DNA of 63,383 bases, the filler included, from Olpidium bornovanus S191 (taxonomy: Eukaryota > Fungi > Olpidiomycota), in NCBI GenBank assembly GCA_017911155.1. It is 26 parts of 26 records of this genome, joined end to end, with 100 filler letters (N's around TTAATTAATTAA, not from the genome) between each part and the next. Parts side by side here need not be neighbours in the genome. Positions count along the whole stretch, not along the records: positions 48,095 to 55,012 come from JAEFCI010010291.1; positions 55,113 to 58,559 come from JAEFCI010012279.1; positions 58,660 to 59,662 come from JAEFCI010003888.1; positions 59,763 to 61,923 come from JAEFCI010008603.1; 22 more parts are not named here. One strand, written 5' to 3'. A program made the position numbers and the translations under genes. The notes beneath the pieces are model-generated. The model saw nothing but the letters and a program-made list of their open reading frames with translations, did no database searches and had not been told where the DNA came from. Positions 48,396-61,044 of this stretch are shown piece by piece. The first letter of the stretch is position 1, and each line of letters opens with the position of its first letter.

Positions 48396-51163
48396 ATGGA
48401 CACCGTGAAAGCCGTCCAGAACTACGTTGTCAAAATGGCCAGTTGTGTGTCCGGTATGAAAATATTGCTGCTCGATGCCGAGACTGTGAGTTTCGTAGGA
48501 TCCCTCCGCAAGACGGAGGGGTGTTGCCGCGCGCGAGGTCTCCCGTGCCTGGTTGTTCATTTGCCGTTCGTCGTCCCCGCCCCCCCAGACACCTATTGTC
48601 TCGGTCGTGGTCACGCAGTCGATGCTGCTTACGCACGAGACGTACCTAATCGACAGGGTGGACAACCGGAACCGAGAGAAGATGCGCCACCTAAAATGTG
48701 TGGTTTTTGTAAGGCCGACGCCGGAGTCCCTGCAGGCCTTGGTCGATGAGCTGAGGGAGCCGTGTTACGGGGAGTATTATGTTTGTGAGTAGGGAATGGA
48801 AGGGGGATAAAGGAGACGGAAGAAAAATTCTCGGAACAAGGAAAAGAGGGACGGGTTTTCAGCGCTTGCTGTACACCATGGCTGGGGTTCAATTGACTCT
48901 CCGCCTCCCGCACCTCGGGAAGTCTTCAGCAATATTTTAAAGAAGTCGGCGATCGAGCGGTTAGCTGAAGTAGATGAGTACGAGGTTGTCCGGGAGGTGC
49001 AGGTGAGAAGGACGCTATTCTTGAAACCGGCCGCTTGCTGTCAACCTTCGGCGATTTCCGCTCGAAATTGAGCATCTTCTAAGCTTGTCTTTCGGCGCGC
49101 GGAACCTAGGAATTCTTTGCCGACTATGCTGCCATCAACCCTGATTTCTACTCTCTGAACCTGGGGTTACCGCGGTATCCTCTCCACGGGGACTCGCTGC
49201 ACTCCTGGGACGGGCGGACCTTTCAGCGGGCAGTGGATGGGGTTTCGGCCGTATTGCTGTCGTTAAAGAAGCGACCGTTGATCCGATATGCCAAGTGCAG
49301 TCTTATGGCACAAAAGCTGGCGCAGGAGATTAACGTACGTCTGCCCCTAGATGCGGCTGTTGAACGGACGAGGTAGCCAAGCATTTTTCAACGGGATGGC
49401 GTTGTCGGATCAGCTCATCTGGAGTTCTTTGGGGGGAATTTGGCTCTGCAAAATACCAGTATCTAATACAGCACGAGACGCAGCTCTTCGATTTTCGGCG
49501 GACGGACACTTCGCCAATACTTCTTATCTATGACCGGAAGATTGATCCCGTTACTCCACTGCTGACGCAGTGGACGTACCAGGCCATGGTACACGACCTG
49601 ATCGGCATAACGAATGGGAGGGTGGACCTTTCTTCGGTGCCGGACATACGACCTGACTTAAAGGTATGGCACCTCCCCGCCGCCTTGCCACGTGAGCACG
49701 CTTGGTTCATCAGCGTATGAGCTTGTGAAATAAGGCGGCCAGACCTCTTGAGCGTGCACGATTTGTTGCGGGAAAAGTGATAACTGCGTACGCACGACGG
49801 CGTCCGGCCCTGCCCTGCTTTCCCAGGAAGTGGTCCTTTCCGCCGACCAGGATCCTTTCTACAGGAAGAACATGTACAATAATCTGGGCGACTTGGGCGC
49901 GAACATAAAAGCTTACGTGGACGAGTACCAGGTGAAGACCAAATCGAACATGAAGATCGACTCGATAATGGACATGAAGCGGTTTGTGGAGGAGTACCCG
50001 GAGTTCCGCAAGCTCTCCGGAAACGTCAGCAAGCACGTGGCGCTGGTCGGCGAGCTCAGCCGGCTTGTAACGCGAGGCAAATTGCTGGAGGTCGGTGAGC
50101 TGGAGCAGAGCATCGCCTGCTCCGACAACCACACCCAGCACCTGCGTGCCGTCCAGGCCGCTATTGCGCGCACGGAAATCGGGCCCGAGAGCAAGCTCCG
50201 GCTCGTCATGCTGTACGCACTGCGTTATGAGAGAACGCCCGCCAACGCCATTTCGATGCTGATCGGTCAACTAACACAAGCGGGCCTCGGCGAGAAATAC
50301 ACCCAGGTTTGTTACGTTTGAGCGGGCCCCCTGAAATCCGGAACATTCTGCAAAAATTAAGAGCCATGCTCGATCCAGCTCGAAAGGCGTGGGCGCCGGC
50401 TTTTTGCTGAGACAGTTCGCGGAGAGCTCTGAGCTCTACTGACCGACCGACTTGCTTCGGGGTCCCCAGCTTGTATCGTCGGTGCTGCGTTACGCCGGGA
50501 GTGACCAGAGACAGGATGACCTGTTCGCGAACGAGAATATTCTTTCCCGCGGCAAGTCGGTTTTACAGGGGCTCAAAGGTGTCGAAAACATCTACACTCA
50601 ACACCGACCCCAGCTAGCGGAGGTCCTCGACCTGATGGTGCGCAGCCGCCTCAAGGACTCGAGTTATCCATTTGTCGAGGGTTCCACCAAAGACAAGTAC
50701 GCGGTTGTGAAGACGTCGTCCCCTTTTTCTCCATTTCGGGGGTGACTCAACCATCGCCTGGGTTACGGTCATATGAGCATGTCAGTTAACCTGGAATCTG
50801 CATTTCTTTTCTGTACCACTTCGACCAGGCCCCAGGACATAATCGTGTTTGTCGTCGGCGGCGTTACTTACGAAGAGGCGCGGTACGTCGCGCAGTTCAA
50901 CGCCGACACGCCTGCCGTCCGCGTCGTGCTCGGCGGCACCGCCGTGCACAACACGACAAGGTGGGGAGAACGGCCAAGGGCGTGAATGTTCTGCCGTTAA
51001 AACCTGATGGGTGCAAATGCTTTCCGGGGATCGTCTTTCTGACGGCGGTTTGCGTTCTTCCAGCTTCCTGGATGAAGTGCAGGACGCGGTGTCCCGGACA
51101 TCCGCGCAGGGAGGCGGAGGGCTCGGCAACGTTGCGCGTTCGGCGAGGACCCTGTCTCGGTAG
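48396..51163 (+). CDS. VPS45: Vps45 (Sec1/Munc18 family), multi-exon, complete
   Basis: [14 protein letters not shown]...[72 protein letters not shown] and [19 protein letters not shown]; stop at 51161-51163. Confidence 0.96.
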
Positions 51164-51609
51164 AAGCTGTTCTTAACGCACACCTGTTTTTATTTTCATC
51201 GGGTGAGGAGCCGGGCTTCTACCTTTTTTTTTTTTTTTTTTTTTTTTGCAAAATTGTTTCGCCGGTTACAATCAACCATCTGGTATCATCTGAAGGTTCA
51301 CGCGCCGACATGGGCGTGTGCGTGGCATAGATGGCCCCCGCCTTTTATTCAAGGACCCCGGGCTAACTACGCCCGGAAAAAAAAGAGAGCCGCGGTTTTC
51401 TGCTCGGGGGTATCGACCGCCGTATCACGGACGGGTCCCCGTCGGCACAGAGTATACTATGTGTGTGCGACACGGTTGTGATGCTGCGCTCCAAAATAGA
51501 TTCTATATTAATATACGGTTAGTGTGTATCGTATCGTGGTTGCGTGACGCCACGTGGCTCCGAGCGCAGAACCACAATTTTTGGACCGCTGTTGCTCCGG
51601 CCACACCAT

Positions 51610-51826
51610 TTACGCCCGTTTTGAGAGTTTTTCTCGGGAAAGATACCCCGTAGCAGCCAAAGTGGCCTTGATCGAACAAAGTCCAAAATTTTCTTCTTCC
51701 AGTCCGGTCGCTTTCACCCGGGTTTTTTTGGACAAATTTAGAGTTTCTGGAAAAACTTTCTGACGGTGTCTCAGACACAACTGCGGTAACTTTTCACTAA
51801 ATGTTTTGCCGGACAGGAAAGACGCG
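51610..51826 (+). repeat. Dispersed repeat family, copy C (interrupted by the foldback element)
   Basis: Colinear with 12965-13180 and 15283-15409. Confidence 0.8.
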
Positions 51827-52552
51827 CCCTGTCAAGTTGAACCAAAATCCAACAAATTCCCCAAAAAGCTAGCGGTCCCCTGTGTGAAACGCAACCTGAA
51901 ATGTGTTACAAAACAAGGGAAACACGAGTGGATTCGACGATGAAAGTTTTGTTGTGTTGCTAATCCAGGCAACTTTAGCCCGTGGGATGTACTTTTCTCG
52001 TGAAAAACTCGAGAAACAGGCCAAAAACAACTAGTCCAAATAATTGATATTACAGGGAAAACCTCGCACTGAAAACAGGCTGTTTCTGGTCCGGCAAAAC
52101 ATTTAGTGAGAATCTCTCTGAGTCTCTCTGGACCAGACAACAAAGGGTCTCCTGTGGCGTGTTTGACTCTCGCTTTTGTGCGTCCTGCGAGGGGCGCGAG
52201 ATTTTGGATTTGGGCACCAGGAGCACCTCTCAAGAGGCCACAAGCAAAAGTGGCTCGCAGGAAGTGTTTGAAAACATAAACCTACAAGTTTTAGGGGGGT
52301 ACCGTGACACGCTAGCCCCTCCCGAGGGCTAGCGATTACATGTCTTCCAGTCATTTTTGGCCAGTTTCGAGAGTTTTTCTCGAGAAAAGCACTCCCACGG
52401 GCCAAAATTGCCTGGATTAGCAAAACAACAAAACTTTCATCGTCGAATCCACTCGTTTTTCCCTGGTTTTGTGACACATTTCAGGCTGCGTTTCACACAG
52501 GGGACCGCCAACTTTTTGGGGAATTTGTGAATTTTGGTTCAACTTGATAGGG
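51827..52552. mobile_element. Non-autonomous foldback/MITE-like element with about 200-bp terminal inverted repeats
   Basis: 51827-52027 (CCCTGTCAAGTTGAACC...) is the reverse complement of 52354-52552 (...GGTTCAACTTGATAGGG), about 90% identical by hand alignment. No recognisable transposase inside. Perfect 8-bp hairpin GCTAGCCC-N7-GGGCTAGC at 52311-52333. Confidence 0.9.
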
Positions 52553-52977
52553 ATCATCGCGTTCCAAAGACTTTGCGCGGCCTTCTCTCGTTCGCGCTGC
52601 GTGCACGAGAGGGGTGCGTGTGAGGACATTTTTTTTTGTAAGGGAAGTGACGGAGCCTGCTCCTTGGCATCCTGGAGACGGCCGGCAACACAAACCTGGC
52701 ATTCTTGATCCGATTTGGCCAGATCTTCATGCCTTCTAGTTTCTTGCCGGCCGCCTCCCCTTACTCCCTTCTCTTGTCTCAGTTTCCCGGTAAAGCGCCC
52801 TGCAGCGGTCATTTACACTGGCCCTAACAGACATCCCGTGGTGCAGGAACCTACGGCCACCCTCAATTTCAGATAATATAGCCAGGAAGCCCCAAAGATC
52901 ATGATTTCAAAGATCTGCCTCGTTTCCTTTATCCTGAAAAAGGCCATCTGACCCAAAACTGTATTTCCCACAATGAC

Positions 52978-53062
52978 GGCAGAGGCGGCAGAGGCGGCAG
53001 GGGCGGTAGAGGCGGGAGAGGCGGCAGAGGCGGCAGAGGCGGCAGAGGCGGCAGAGGCGGCG
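52978..53062. repeat. 9-bp tandem repeat (GGCAGAGGC)n, about 9 copies
   Basis: Read directly from the sequence. Confidence 0.9.
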
Positions 53063-53926
53063 AGGGAGACAGGAAGAAAGCAGTTGAGACTCTAAAATTG
53101 TTTTTGCTCCATTACGAAAGGACAGTTTTGGCCGGAACTGGTTTTGTTTGAAAGCTTTACGCCGAATGAATCTGAGGAGCCCAAAAAATATCCCGGTTTT
53201 GGACCGGTTACATACGAGGACAGCCCCAGGTGTGGTTCCTAGCTTAAGCCCGAGGTTCCCTGTCGTTTTTTTTTTGCACTCGGCGGAGCAAAGGGGAGAA
53301 GGCGGGCGAACGAAGCCTGATGCTGGAGCTTGAGCTTTGGCGATGCCACCGCCAAGCCGGCGGGGCCCAGCGGGCTAGGCCAGAAGACCGAAGTGGGGAA
53401 TGAAAGCGGGACAGACGACCGCTGCGCCGAGGAATGGCGCCGTCCACCCGATAATCACCCGACACGGCCGGATTTGCATCACACCGGCGCTCTGCGGCTT
53501 TCTTCGCGCCGCCGACATTCGCCACCACCCTAAGGCAACACAGCCCCCGCGTTGATCACCTACTGGAGACTTTATGAGATATTAAATTCTCTCTGCGTAC
53601 CGTCCACCACTCAAATACTCTTGATTCCTGGCTGCGGTAGATAGTAGATATCCCCTGCTGTATATTTTCTTTCACATCCCTCTCACATATAGCTTTTTCC
53701 ATTCACTTACGTCACGTCTTCCTCTCACTGTAATTAACAAATTATAACTTGCCGCCATTATACGGGGATAAAGTTGCCCGAGGGAAAACTGTAAACAAAA
53801 AGAAAATCGTTTCGTGCAAATTATGTCCCGTGCCGTCCGTTTCAACCGCCTTCCTAACAATGATGACGGCCGAGGTCCTCCCAGCCTGCCCATCTCCTCC
53901 CCCCCCCCTCCTGCCCCCCCTCCCCC

Positions 53927-55012
53927 TGTAGAAAAGGGGGGCAAAGCACGCATGGCACCGCGCACATCCAACCCCTGGACCGGAGACTTTCCCCTGAATC
54001 CCTCTCTATAAAACCGGGTAGCATCAAGAAATAGAAGAGCCCCGTGGCTCCTTTTTTTCAACCCAAAGTCAACAGGTTATGAGCCCAAACGAACTCTCCG
54101 CCTACGAAGAAGAAAAACCCCTTCTTCTCCCGGTCAGAGGCAGAACCACGGAAGAAGAACGCCACCCTCGCCAGCAATTCAGCGCAAGTGCTGTCCTGGA
54201 CGAAGGGAGACCATGGTATGCACCAGGCATGCCTGGGGCACTCCAGGTGACACCTGAGACGCCCACGGAGAGACGGAGATGGCGCACGACGACGACCGAG
54301 CCTACTACACAATGGCAGACAACGAGAGAGGGCGCGCCAGAGTTTGGGCGTTGCGTGACGGCACCACGGCCGCTCGCAGCGAGTTAAGGGACTCCACATC
54401 ATCGAGGTTGACCAAGCTGTCGGCACAATCTCGGGGAGTCGTTGACTCCATCCTTTTGGAGCGAGAAAGGACATGCCAGGAGGCGCAACGAAGAGCTGAC
54501 GTCAACGCAGAAGTGCGAACGCTTTGTCAGCAAGTCCACACGCTGACGGCACAAGTGCAAAACTACCAACGAACGCTTGAGGAGCTCGTCGCCCAGGAGG
54601 ACCCAAGAGAACGGCGCTCTGAACAAGAAAGCAATCGCCAACTCGACCTCGGGCATGGAAGCCCAAGCAACGAAGGACAACGAGGGACAGGAAGCAGTCA
54701 ATTAGCGCGTGCACTCCTCTCCACCATCTCAACATACTCGGGAACAGGGGAAGCTGCCGCGTTAGCTGCTTTCATCGCCAAATTGGAACTGGCAGCCGAG
54801 CAAGCCGAACTAAATGACAAGGACGCCATGGCACTGGCAGCCAACCGCCTAATGGGCCAAGCCAACATACTATGGCTCTGGCACATGCGCAAGTTCCCCA
54901 AGGGCGACAGCCGACGTTGGACAACCTGGGAACAACTGCGAGAGGCCCTAATCGCGCAATACCATCCCAAAGAACACCAACGCGCAGTCATAGACGCTCT
55001 CCTCGACCTTAC
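53927..55012 (+). mobile_element. LTR retrotransposon 5' part: 148-bp LTR, half-tRNA-iMet PBS and gag (one frameshift; cut by contig end)
   Basis: TGTAG (53927) to GTCAACA (54074) with TATAAAA at 54007; PBS GGTTATGAGCCC at 54075-54086; gag motif TYSGTGEAAALAAFIAKLE...LMGQANILWLWH...WTTWEQLREALIAQYHP. Confidence 0.85.
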
Positions 55013-55112
55013 NNNNNNNNNNNNNNNNNNNNNNNNNNNNNNNNNNNNNNNNNNNNTTAATTAATTAANNNNNNNNNNNNNNNNNNNNNNNNNNNNNNNN
55101 NNNNNNNNNNNN

Positions 55113-55224
<112 letters not shown>

Positions 55225-55897
55225 AAAAGAAAAAAAAAAAAGAAAAAGAAAAAAAAAAAGAAAAAGAAAAAAAAAATAAAAAAGAAAAAAAAACGGTTCG
55301 GACTCTACCCGGACCCCCCCCCCTTCTCACTTCCTCTCTTCCCCCGCAGGGGAGGGCAGAAAAATTGAAGTCGCTGCTGGAAACCGCACGTGGGGCGCCG
55401 CGCCGCGACGGAACACATTCTGCCAGCCCCCGCCGCGGGGAGAACCAGCGACCAGCTCTCGCAAGGCACCAGGCCAGGGCGGCGGCGGCGGCGGCGACAC
55501 GGCGGCGACACGGCGGCAGCGACAGCAGCGGCTGCAGCCGCCGCCAAATTGCCTCCGCTCCAGAGCCGTGCGGCGGCGGCTCTCGTTCCGCCCGCGAGAA
55601 TGCCGCGGGGAAACGCCGTCTTCTGGGCGGCCAGGGGAGGCGTCGCCGCCGCCCCCGCCGCGATGTCCAAGGCGGCCGCAACCGGGAAAGAAGGTTTGGC
55701 CGAAAAAGAACGGCGAAAACGCCCGACAAAGAGTTCCAGAAATAAATAAAGAAAAAAGAAATATAATTGAGTAACGCCGTTCCCGCCCCCCCTGCTGACT
55801 TTTTCCGGGCGTCGCGGCGGGCGCACGCGCGCGCGCGGGCCGCGGCCTTTAATCTTTTTTTACGACACAAGGCACAAACCCGGGAAAGGACGGGGCC

Positions 55898-58559
55898 TTG
55901 GCAGCTGCGCTCGACGACGAGTACCACACGTTCGAGTATGACCTGGCTGATTTGGAGAGACTCGAGGAGGACGAGGGGGAGCGGCAGCACAAGCGGAAGC
56001 TTGAGGTGACCACCGCAGGGGGCGGGCTCGGGTGGGCTGCCGGGATGGGTGCGGTCCTGAAGGCTGCGATACTTGGCGTTCGCCGCGCGGACGATCTGAA
56101 ATCTGCTTTCGACGCTCCTCTGCCGCCTCCCAGGGCACTCCTGATAGGCCTGCACGCGGTGCGAACGTCGCCGGGCCGCCCGAAGTAAGGAATAACCGGG
56201 CGGGCGGCATTGCGGGCTGTAGCAAGCGATCCGGAACTTGGTTCGCTGACGTCAGTGATCAACGTGCGATACTGATTCGGAGCAGTCCGCTTCGGCACAA
56301 GCACAAGAGCACAGCGGCGCTGGCGCCAGCAGCAGCAGCACGGACAAGATGGTCATGCTCAACCCGCACCTTAAAGTAATCCGCTCAATCGCACGCGCTT
56401 ACGACCGTCCGGCGGAAACGTAATCTCGAATCTCTTAATCCGCTCCCCGCTTGTGCTGTTTCTTGAGCAGCACCTTCTCGCGGCGATCGAGAAAAACCGG
56501 TCCAAGGTAGACCTCACTGACAAAGAACTTCGTGGTCTTCTGGTGGACGTGAAACCCAAAGGGTCAAAATGGGTCAGTGCAGGAGTTTCGCAAGCGGCTG
56601 GATCAAAAAACAAACTTGCCGATTCGCGCCGGGTCTCCTTTTTTTTTGATCCCCGCATTGTTCCAGGCGAGCGAAGATAAAGTTGGCCAAGAGGACCTCT
56701 ACAGCGCTTGCGAGATGGTGTTGTCCGAGCTGCGCAACTATACGGTAAGCGACTTGGTCGGCAAACCGCAGCCCTTCGTTGCAGCCGGTTTCCGCGTGGG
56801 GATCATTCATTCTGATGATGTCGTAGGAACATTCTATGCCTTTCCTCGTCAAAGTCAACAAGCGGGATGTTCCGGATTATTACGATGGTGAACCCGCCAC
56901 CTGCCCGGCCAAAAAAAAAGAGATTCCTTTAACGTCGCGTCAGCACGGTTAGTTTTTCCGGCAGATGACGGACGAAAGGCGCGCACGATTTCTTTCTCAT
57001 CGCAGTTATAAAGAACCCCATGGACCTCGGAACGGTAGCGAGGAACCTCAAGAACTTCAAGTACAAAAGCAAGGCGGAATTTGCAGACGACCTGTTTTTG
57101 ATCTACAGGAATTGCTTTGAGTACAACACGCACCCAGTACGTGTCACTTCGGCAGATGAGCAGACCCACCAGGATCTCTTTAGGCTCTCGAGTCTCCTGT
57201 GTCAGGCATCAGATGCTGCAGTCTGACGTGTGTCTTCTGCGCGTAAATTTCCCCGTGCGTGCAGGACAACATCTACCGCGTACACGCCGCCGCGATGAAA
57301 AAGAAGACCATTGCTCTCATGGTCATGGTTCCTGAGATCGTCATCCGAGACCGGGCAGATGTGGAGCTGGCGGACGAGAGCGATGGTGGGTTGCTGGGAA
57401 TCGGTACGCCGACTGAACCAAATCGGAGACCGGTGTCGGTATCTTACCGGCACGAATTTTTCACCCCGGCTAGATGAACAGAAGCCCGCCCCTAGCGGCG
57501 CCCCGGCTGCTGCCTCAGTGAGCCGACTTTTTTTTTTTTTTTTTTTTTTGTTTTGCGTGCGGTCAGGTGTAGTGAAAAAAAAATTCGCGCTCGGTCTTCA
57601 ATTACCTGTGCCTCATCGAAATCAATGTTTCCCCCCGTATTGCGTATTGCAGCGGGAATGCCCAGCGCCGCCGGCCGTTGAAGCGGACTTGTCCGAAGTA
57701 GACGGCGCGCGATCACGCAGCCAGTCCTTAGCGCCGGCTCGGCCGGACGAGGCTCGTGGAACAGAAGGTGTTGTTCACCCTGCTGACAGCGGGATGACTG
57801 AGCCGGTGAAAGAGAAGACGGTTGAGAGAGAGGGGAGTTCGCAAACGGAGGATGTGGAGATGGAAGATGCGGATGAGGATTCGGTTACGAAAATGTGGCA
57901 GGAAGTCACTAGACAGGCTAGAGTTTTCATCTGCGTGAGTTGGCGACGGCCGAGGTGGGTTTTCGCCGCAGGTCCACCTTTGCGCTTCTGCAGCAATGCC
58001 CCCGCACGCGGTTTCCAGCGCGTTTTCTGAGTCGGTCGGGACGCTTCTCACTACATCACCAGCGGGAGCGTGCGGCCGTCTTTGATGTGCCGTTCGGACG
58101 ACGGGAACCCCTAGCCCGCGATCCGCGAGAGATGCTGCGCTTTGCGCGCTGGAACGCGAGGAAGAATAGCCAGAAGATCGATTTAGGGAGGGCGTATCAG
58201 CTGACAACACGCTTCCCCGGGCATCCATCGACAGAAGCGCCGGCAGAAAGCGGCGGAGCGGCCGGACGAAAGCGGCCGTACGAGGAGGAAAAAGCCACAG
58301 ATGGGTCGAAGCGGCGCAAGGAGGCGGAAAAGGAGAACGCGGGGGAGTACTACTGCGACCCGCACTTTATGCCAGAGTACTTGCCCACGTGCGGCGTACC
58401 CGAGCCTCCGGACTGCCCGGCCTCTAGGTTGGCGCGGATCATGTTTGCTGAAGGCAAAGGCAGCGTGGGCGGGAAACGGCAGGAGCCGAAAACGTTTTTT
58501 GAGGAGGATTTCTTTACTCGGGAAGGCAGGAAAAGGTTGGAGCCCCTGGCCGGGAGGCA
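55898..58559 (+). CDS. SPT7: SAGA subunit Spt7 (bromodomain), N-terminal half; 3' truncated, start uncertain
   Basis: [19 protein letters not shown]...[98 protein letters not shown] and HAAAMKKKT...[10 protein letters not shown]. Confidence 0.93.
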
Positions 58560-58659
58560 NNNNNNNNNNNNNNNNNNNNNNNNNNNNNNNNNNNNNNNNN
58601 NNNTTAATTAATTAANNNNNNNNNNNNNNNNNNNNNNNNNNNNNNNNNNNNNNNNNNNN

Positions 58660-59317
58660 ATTGTTGAGCGGTGTGTGCCCGCGGGGCGGTTGTCGGACGG
58701 CCGTTCATTTCTTCTGTGGAACGCGTGAAGGAGGTTGTTGTATCGTTCTTCCTGTTGACGGAAACGTTGTTCCTGTTGTTGGAGGAGGCGTGTCTGTTCC
58801 TGTTCGCGCAGTTTTTCACGTTCGGTCATAAGGGTTAGCTGGGTGGTTCGTTGTGCGAGGAGCGCAGCAGTGGCGTCGTTGTTGGTTGCCTTTCCAGCGG
58901 CATGGGTGGCTTCCCCCTCTTGCCGCTGGCGGTCTGCGCGTTCGCGCGCGGTTTTTTCGGTTAAAAGCTGTTTTTCGAGATCGCGAATACGCTGGTCAGC
59001 GCTCTTTTGGGAGGCGCCGACGCCGATGCCGGCTTCCACGGGAGGCGCGTTTTTGGCGGGTCCTGCGGTCGGGGGTGGAGGCGCATTTTTGGCGATTTCT
59101 GCGGTCGGGGGCGGAGACCGTGAAAGGGGCGGCGTCATGGTTGACGCGTGCGCTGTGGAGGTGGTAGTCTCAGGGCTCAGAACCTGTTGGCGGGGACGAC
59201 GACGGGGACGACGACGGCTTTGAGTTTTATTTGTTGTGTTCTGTTTTATTTTCTGTATGTGGGAAAAAGGGGTTAGGCTAGAACGGTTGTAGTCGGGCTT
59301 ATGGTTCGAGTGCGACA
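58660..59317 (-). mobile_element. Second LTR retroelement 5' part: 133-bp LTR, half-tRNA-iMet PBS and coiled-coil gag N-terminus, nested in a copia integrase
   Basis: TGTCG (59317) to CCAACA (59185), then GGTTCTGAGCCC (59184-59173, 11/12 match to GGTTATGAGCCC). The CTG at 59180 is in frame with the P-rich/coiled-coil ORF 59138-58660. Confidence 0.75.
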
Positions 59318-59662
59318 GCCATCTTCACGGCTTCTCCCCACATTGTCTTGGGGAGTCCCGCTTCTTGTAGCATGGCGTTCACCATGTTCATGAGGGTCCG
59401 ATTAAGCCGTTCGGGCTCGCCCGTTCTGCTGGGGTGTATGTGGTGCCGTGACGTTGTGTTGGATCCCATACTTTTGGAGTAATCTAGTGAACGCCTTGTT
59501 CACATATTCTCTTCCCCTATCGCTGCGGAAGACTTTGATCTTTCTTCCGGTCATGTTGTGGATCCATGGGACAAACGTCTTGAAGGCTTCAGTGTAACAA
59601 GTGTATTATTTATCTGCGCAATGCGCTATCTGGAGATAATGTATACACGAGTCTAGCTCTGG
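59318..59662 (-). pseudogene. Ty1/copia integrase catalytic core fragment (one frameshift, interrupted)
   Basis: EAFKTFVPWIHNMTGRKIKVFRSDRGREYVNKAF...GIQHNVTAPHTPQQNGRA / ERLNRTLMNMVNAMLQEAGLPKTMWGEAVKMA. Confidence 0.92.
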
Positions 59663-61044
59663 NNNNNNNNNNNNNNNNNNNNNNNNNNNNNNNNNNNNNN
59701 NNNNNNTTAATTAATTAANNNNNNNNNNNNNNNNNNNNNNNNNNNNNNNNNNNNNNNNNNNNCGAATATGTGGACTATAAGCGCCTTGGTCCGTTCATAG
59801 GCGTGCCGGACATCACGACAACTTGTGGTCCGGGTGGGGGCGCACTGAGGAGGGAAACACACTGCAACTTCACTGACCACATGGCCAGTCCCTCCGGTCT
59901 TTGGCCACATTGAGTCATGTCGCAGATCATGTTGCAGAAGCACAAAGCCGCCCACGCCGTGTTCCTCTCAATTGTTTGACTTCGCGCGTTGACCAAATTT
60001 CTCTCCTCCACCCACCACTCCTTACCCGTGTCAAACGTCTGCAAAGCACAGCAGTACCCGGTGGACGGCGAGGATGCGGCGTGTGCAGTGGTAAGCCGTC
60101 CGTCCCGATCGTCGATGCCTTTCCAGTCAAAAGTAGTGGTCGTGATTTTGGAGTGGGCTTGCGTGGCAATGTTAAGCCTCCATCCCCTTTAAAGTTTCGG
60201 GGTTTTACTCCAAACGCGTCGATGCGCTTACAACTGGAGGGGGCGCCCACGAGGTGATAAGAAGAGCGTCGCGCGCGCAAGGCCCCCACTTCGGGCTGGC
60301 CCGGCAACACCGTTCGCAAAATGGGACACGGGCGTTCTTCCGGCGGCAAACGCAACTGCCCTCTCGTCGCGGGAAAAAAAAAAAATTACGGTGATTTCAA
60401 AGGCCGCGCGCGGGCTGGACTTTCGCAGCCAATTAGCCGTTTTATTACCAACACGCCCCCCTTCCCCGCGCGCGGGCTCCATTCGAGCCAAACGTGAACA
60501 CGCAGGCCGTATGTTCCGAGCGAGGATGAATGAGCGAGCGCCGAGGGACGCGTCCGGGGCGGGGCCCGCTTTCCCGTCGCGCCGCGAGAAAAAAACCGAC
60601 AGCAGCCCTGCCCGTGTGCAACATACTGACCGCAACCGCAGCGCGGCTCCCTCCGCAGCAGCTCCCGTTTCCAACCTTTTTTTTTTTTTTTTTTTTTTCT
60701 CTCTCTCTCTCCCGTCGGCGCAACACGAGAAGAAAGGCCGCTTTTTCGTCCGCCGCCGCCTCCCGTTCCTTCCATTCCAAAAAAAAAAAAAAAAAAAAAA
60801 GGAAAAAAAGGCGAACTCCCTTCCCCCCCTCCCCCCCCCGCACACCCGCCCGCCCTCGGACGCACGCCAGACCACCGCCCCTCATTCCCCCCCCATTCTT
60901 CCTTTCCCTGTCTTCTCCCTCGCCGCAGGCCCGCGGGAGCTTCCCACGCCGTTCTCGTCGCCGCAGCTCGCCCCGAAACGAAAAGCCGCCGCCCAGGCCC
61001 CGGAGCGGACGGCCGAGCACCGCCACGCCCAGCCCTCCTGAGCA

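Noticed and set aside
32317-51163. Two Sec1/Munc18 genes (VPS33 and VPS45) in one window as a trafficking gene cluster
   Set aside because: They lie on different contigs with eight other contigs between them; there is no evidence of linkage.
52311-52345. GC hairpin as a Helitron 3' end
   Set aside because: No CTRR terminus follows at the expected distance, and it lies inside a TIR element.
59960-60070. KEWWVEERNLVNAR on the minus strand resembling a chromovirus chromodomain
   Set aside because: The rest of the chromodomain and any integrase upstream could not be reconstructed; too weak to call.
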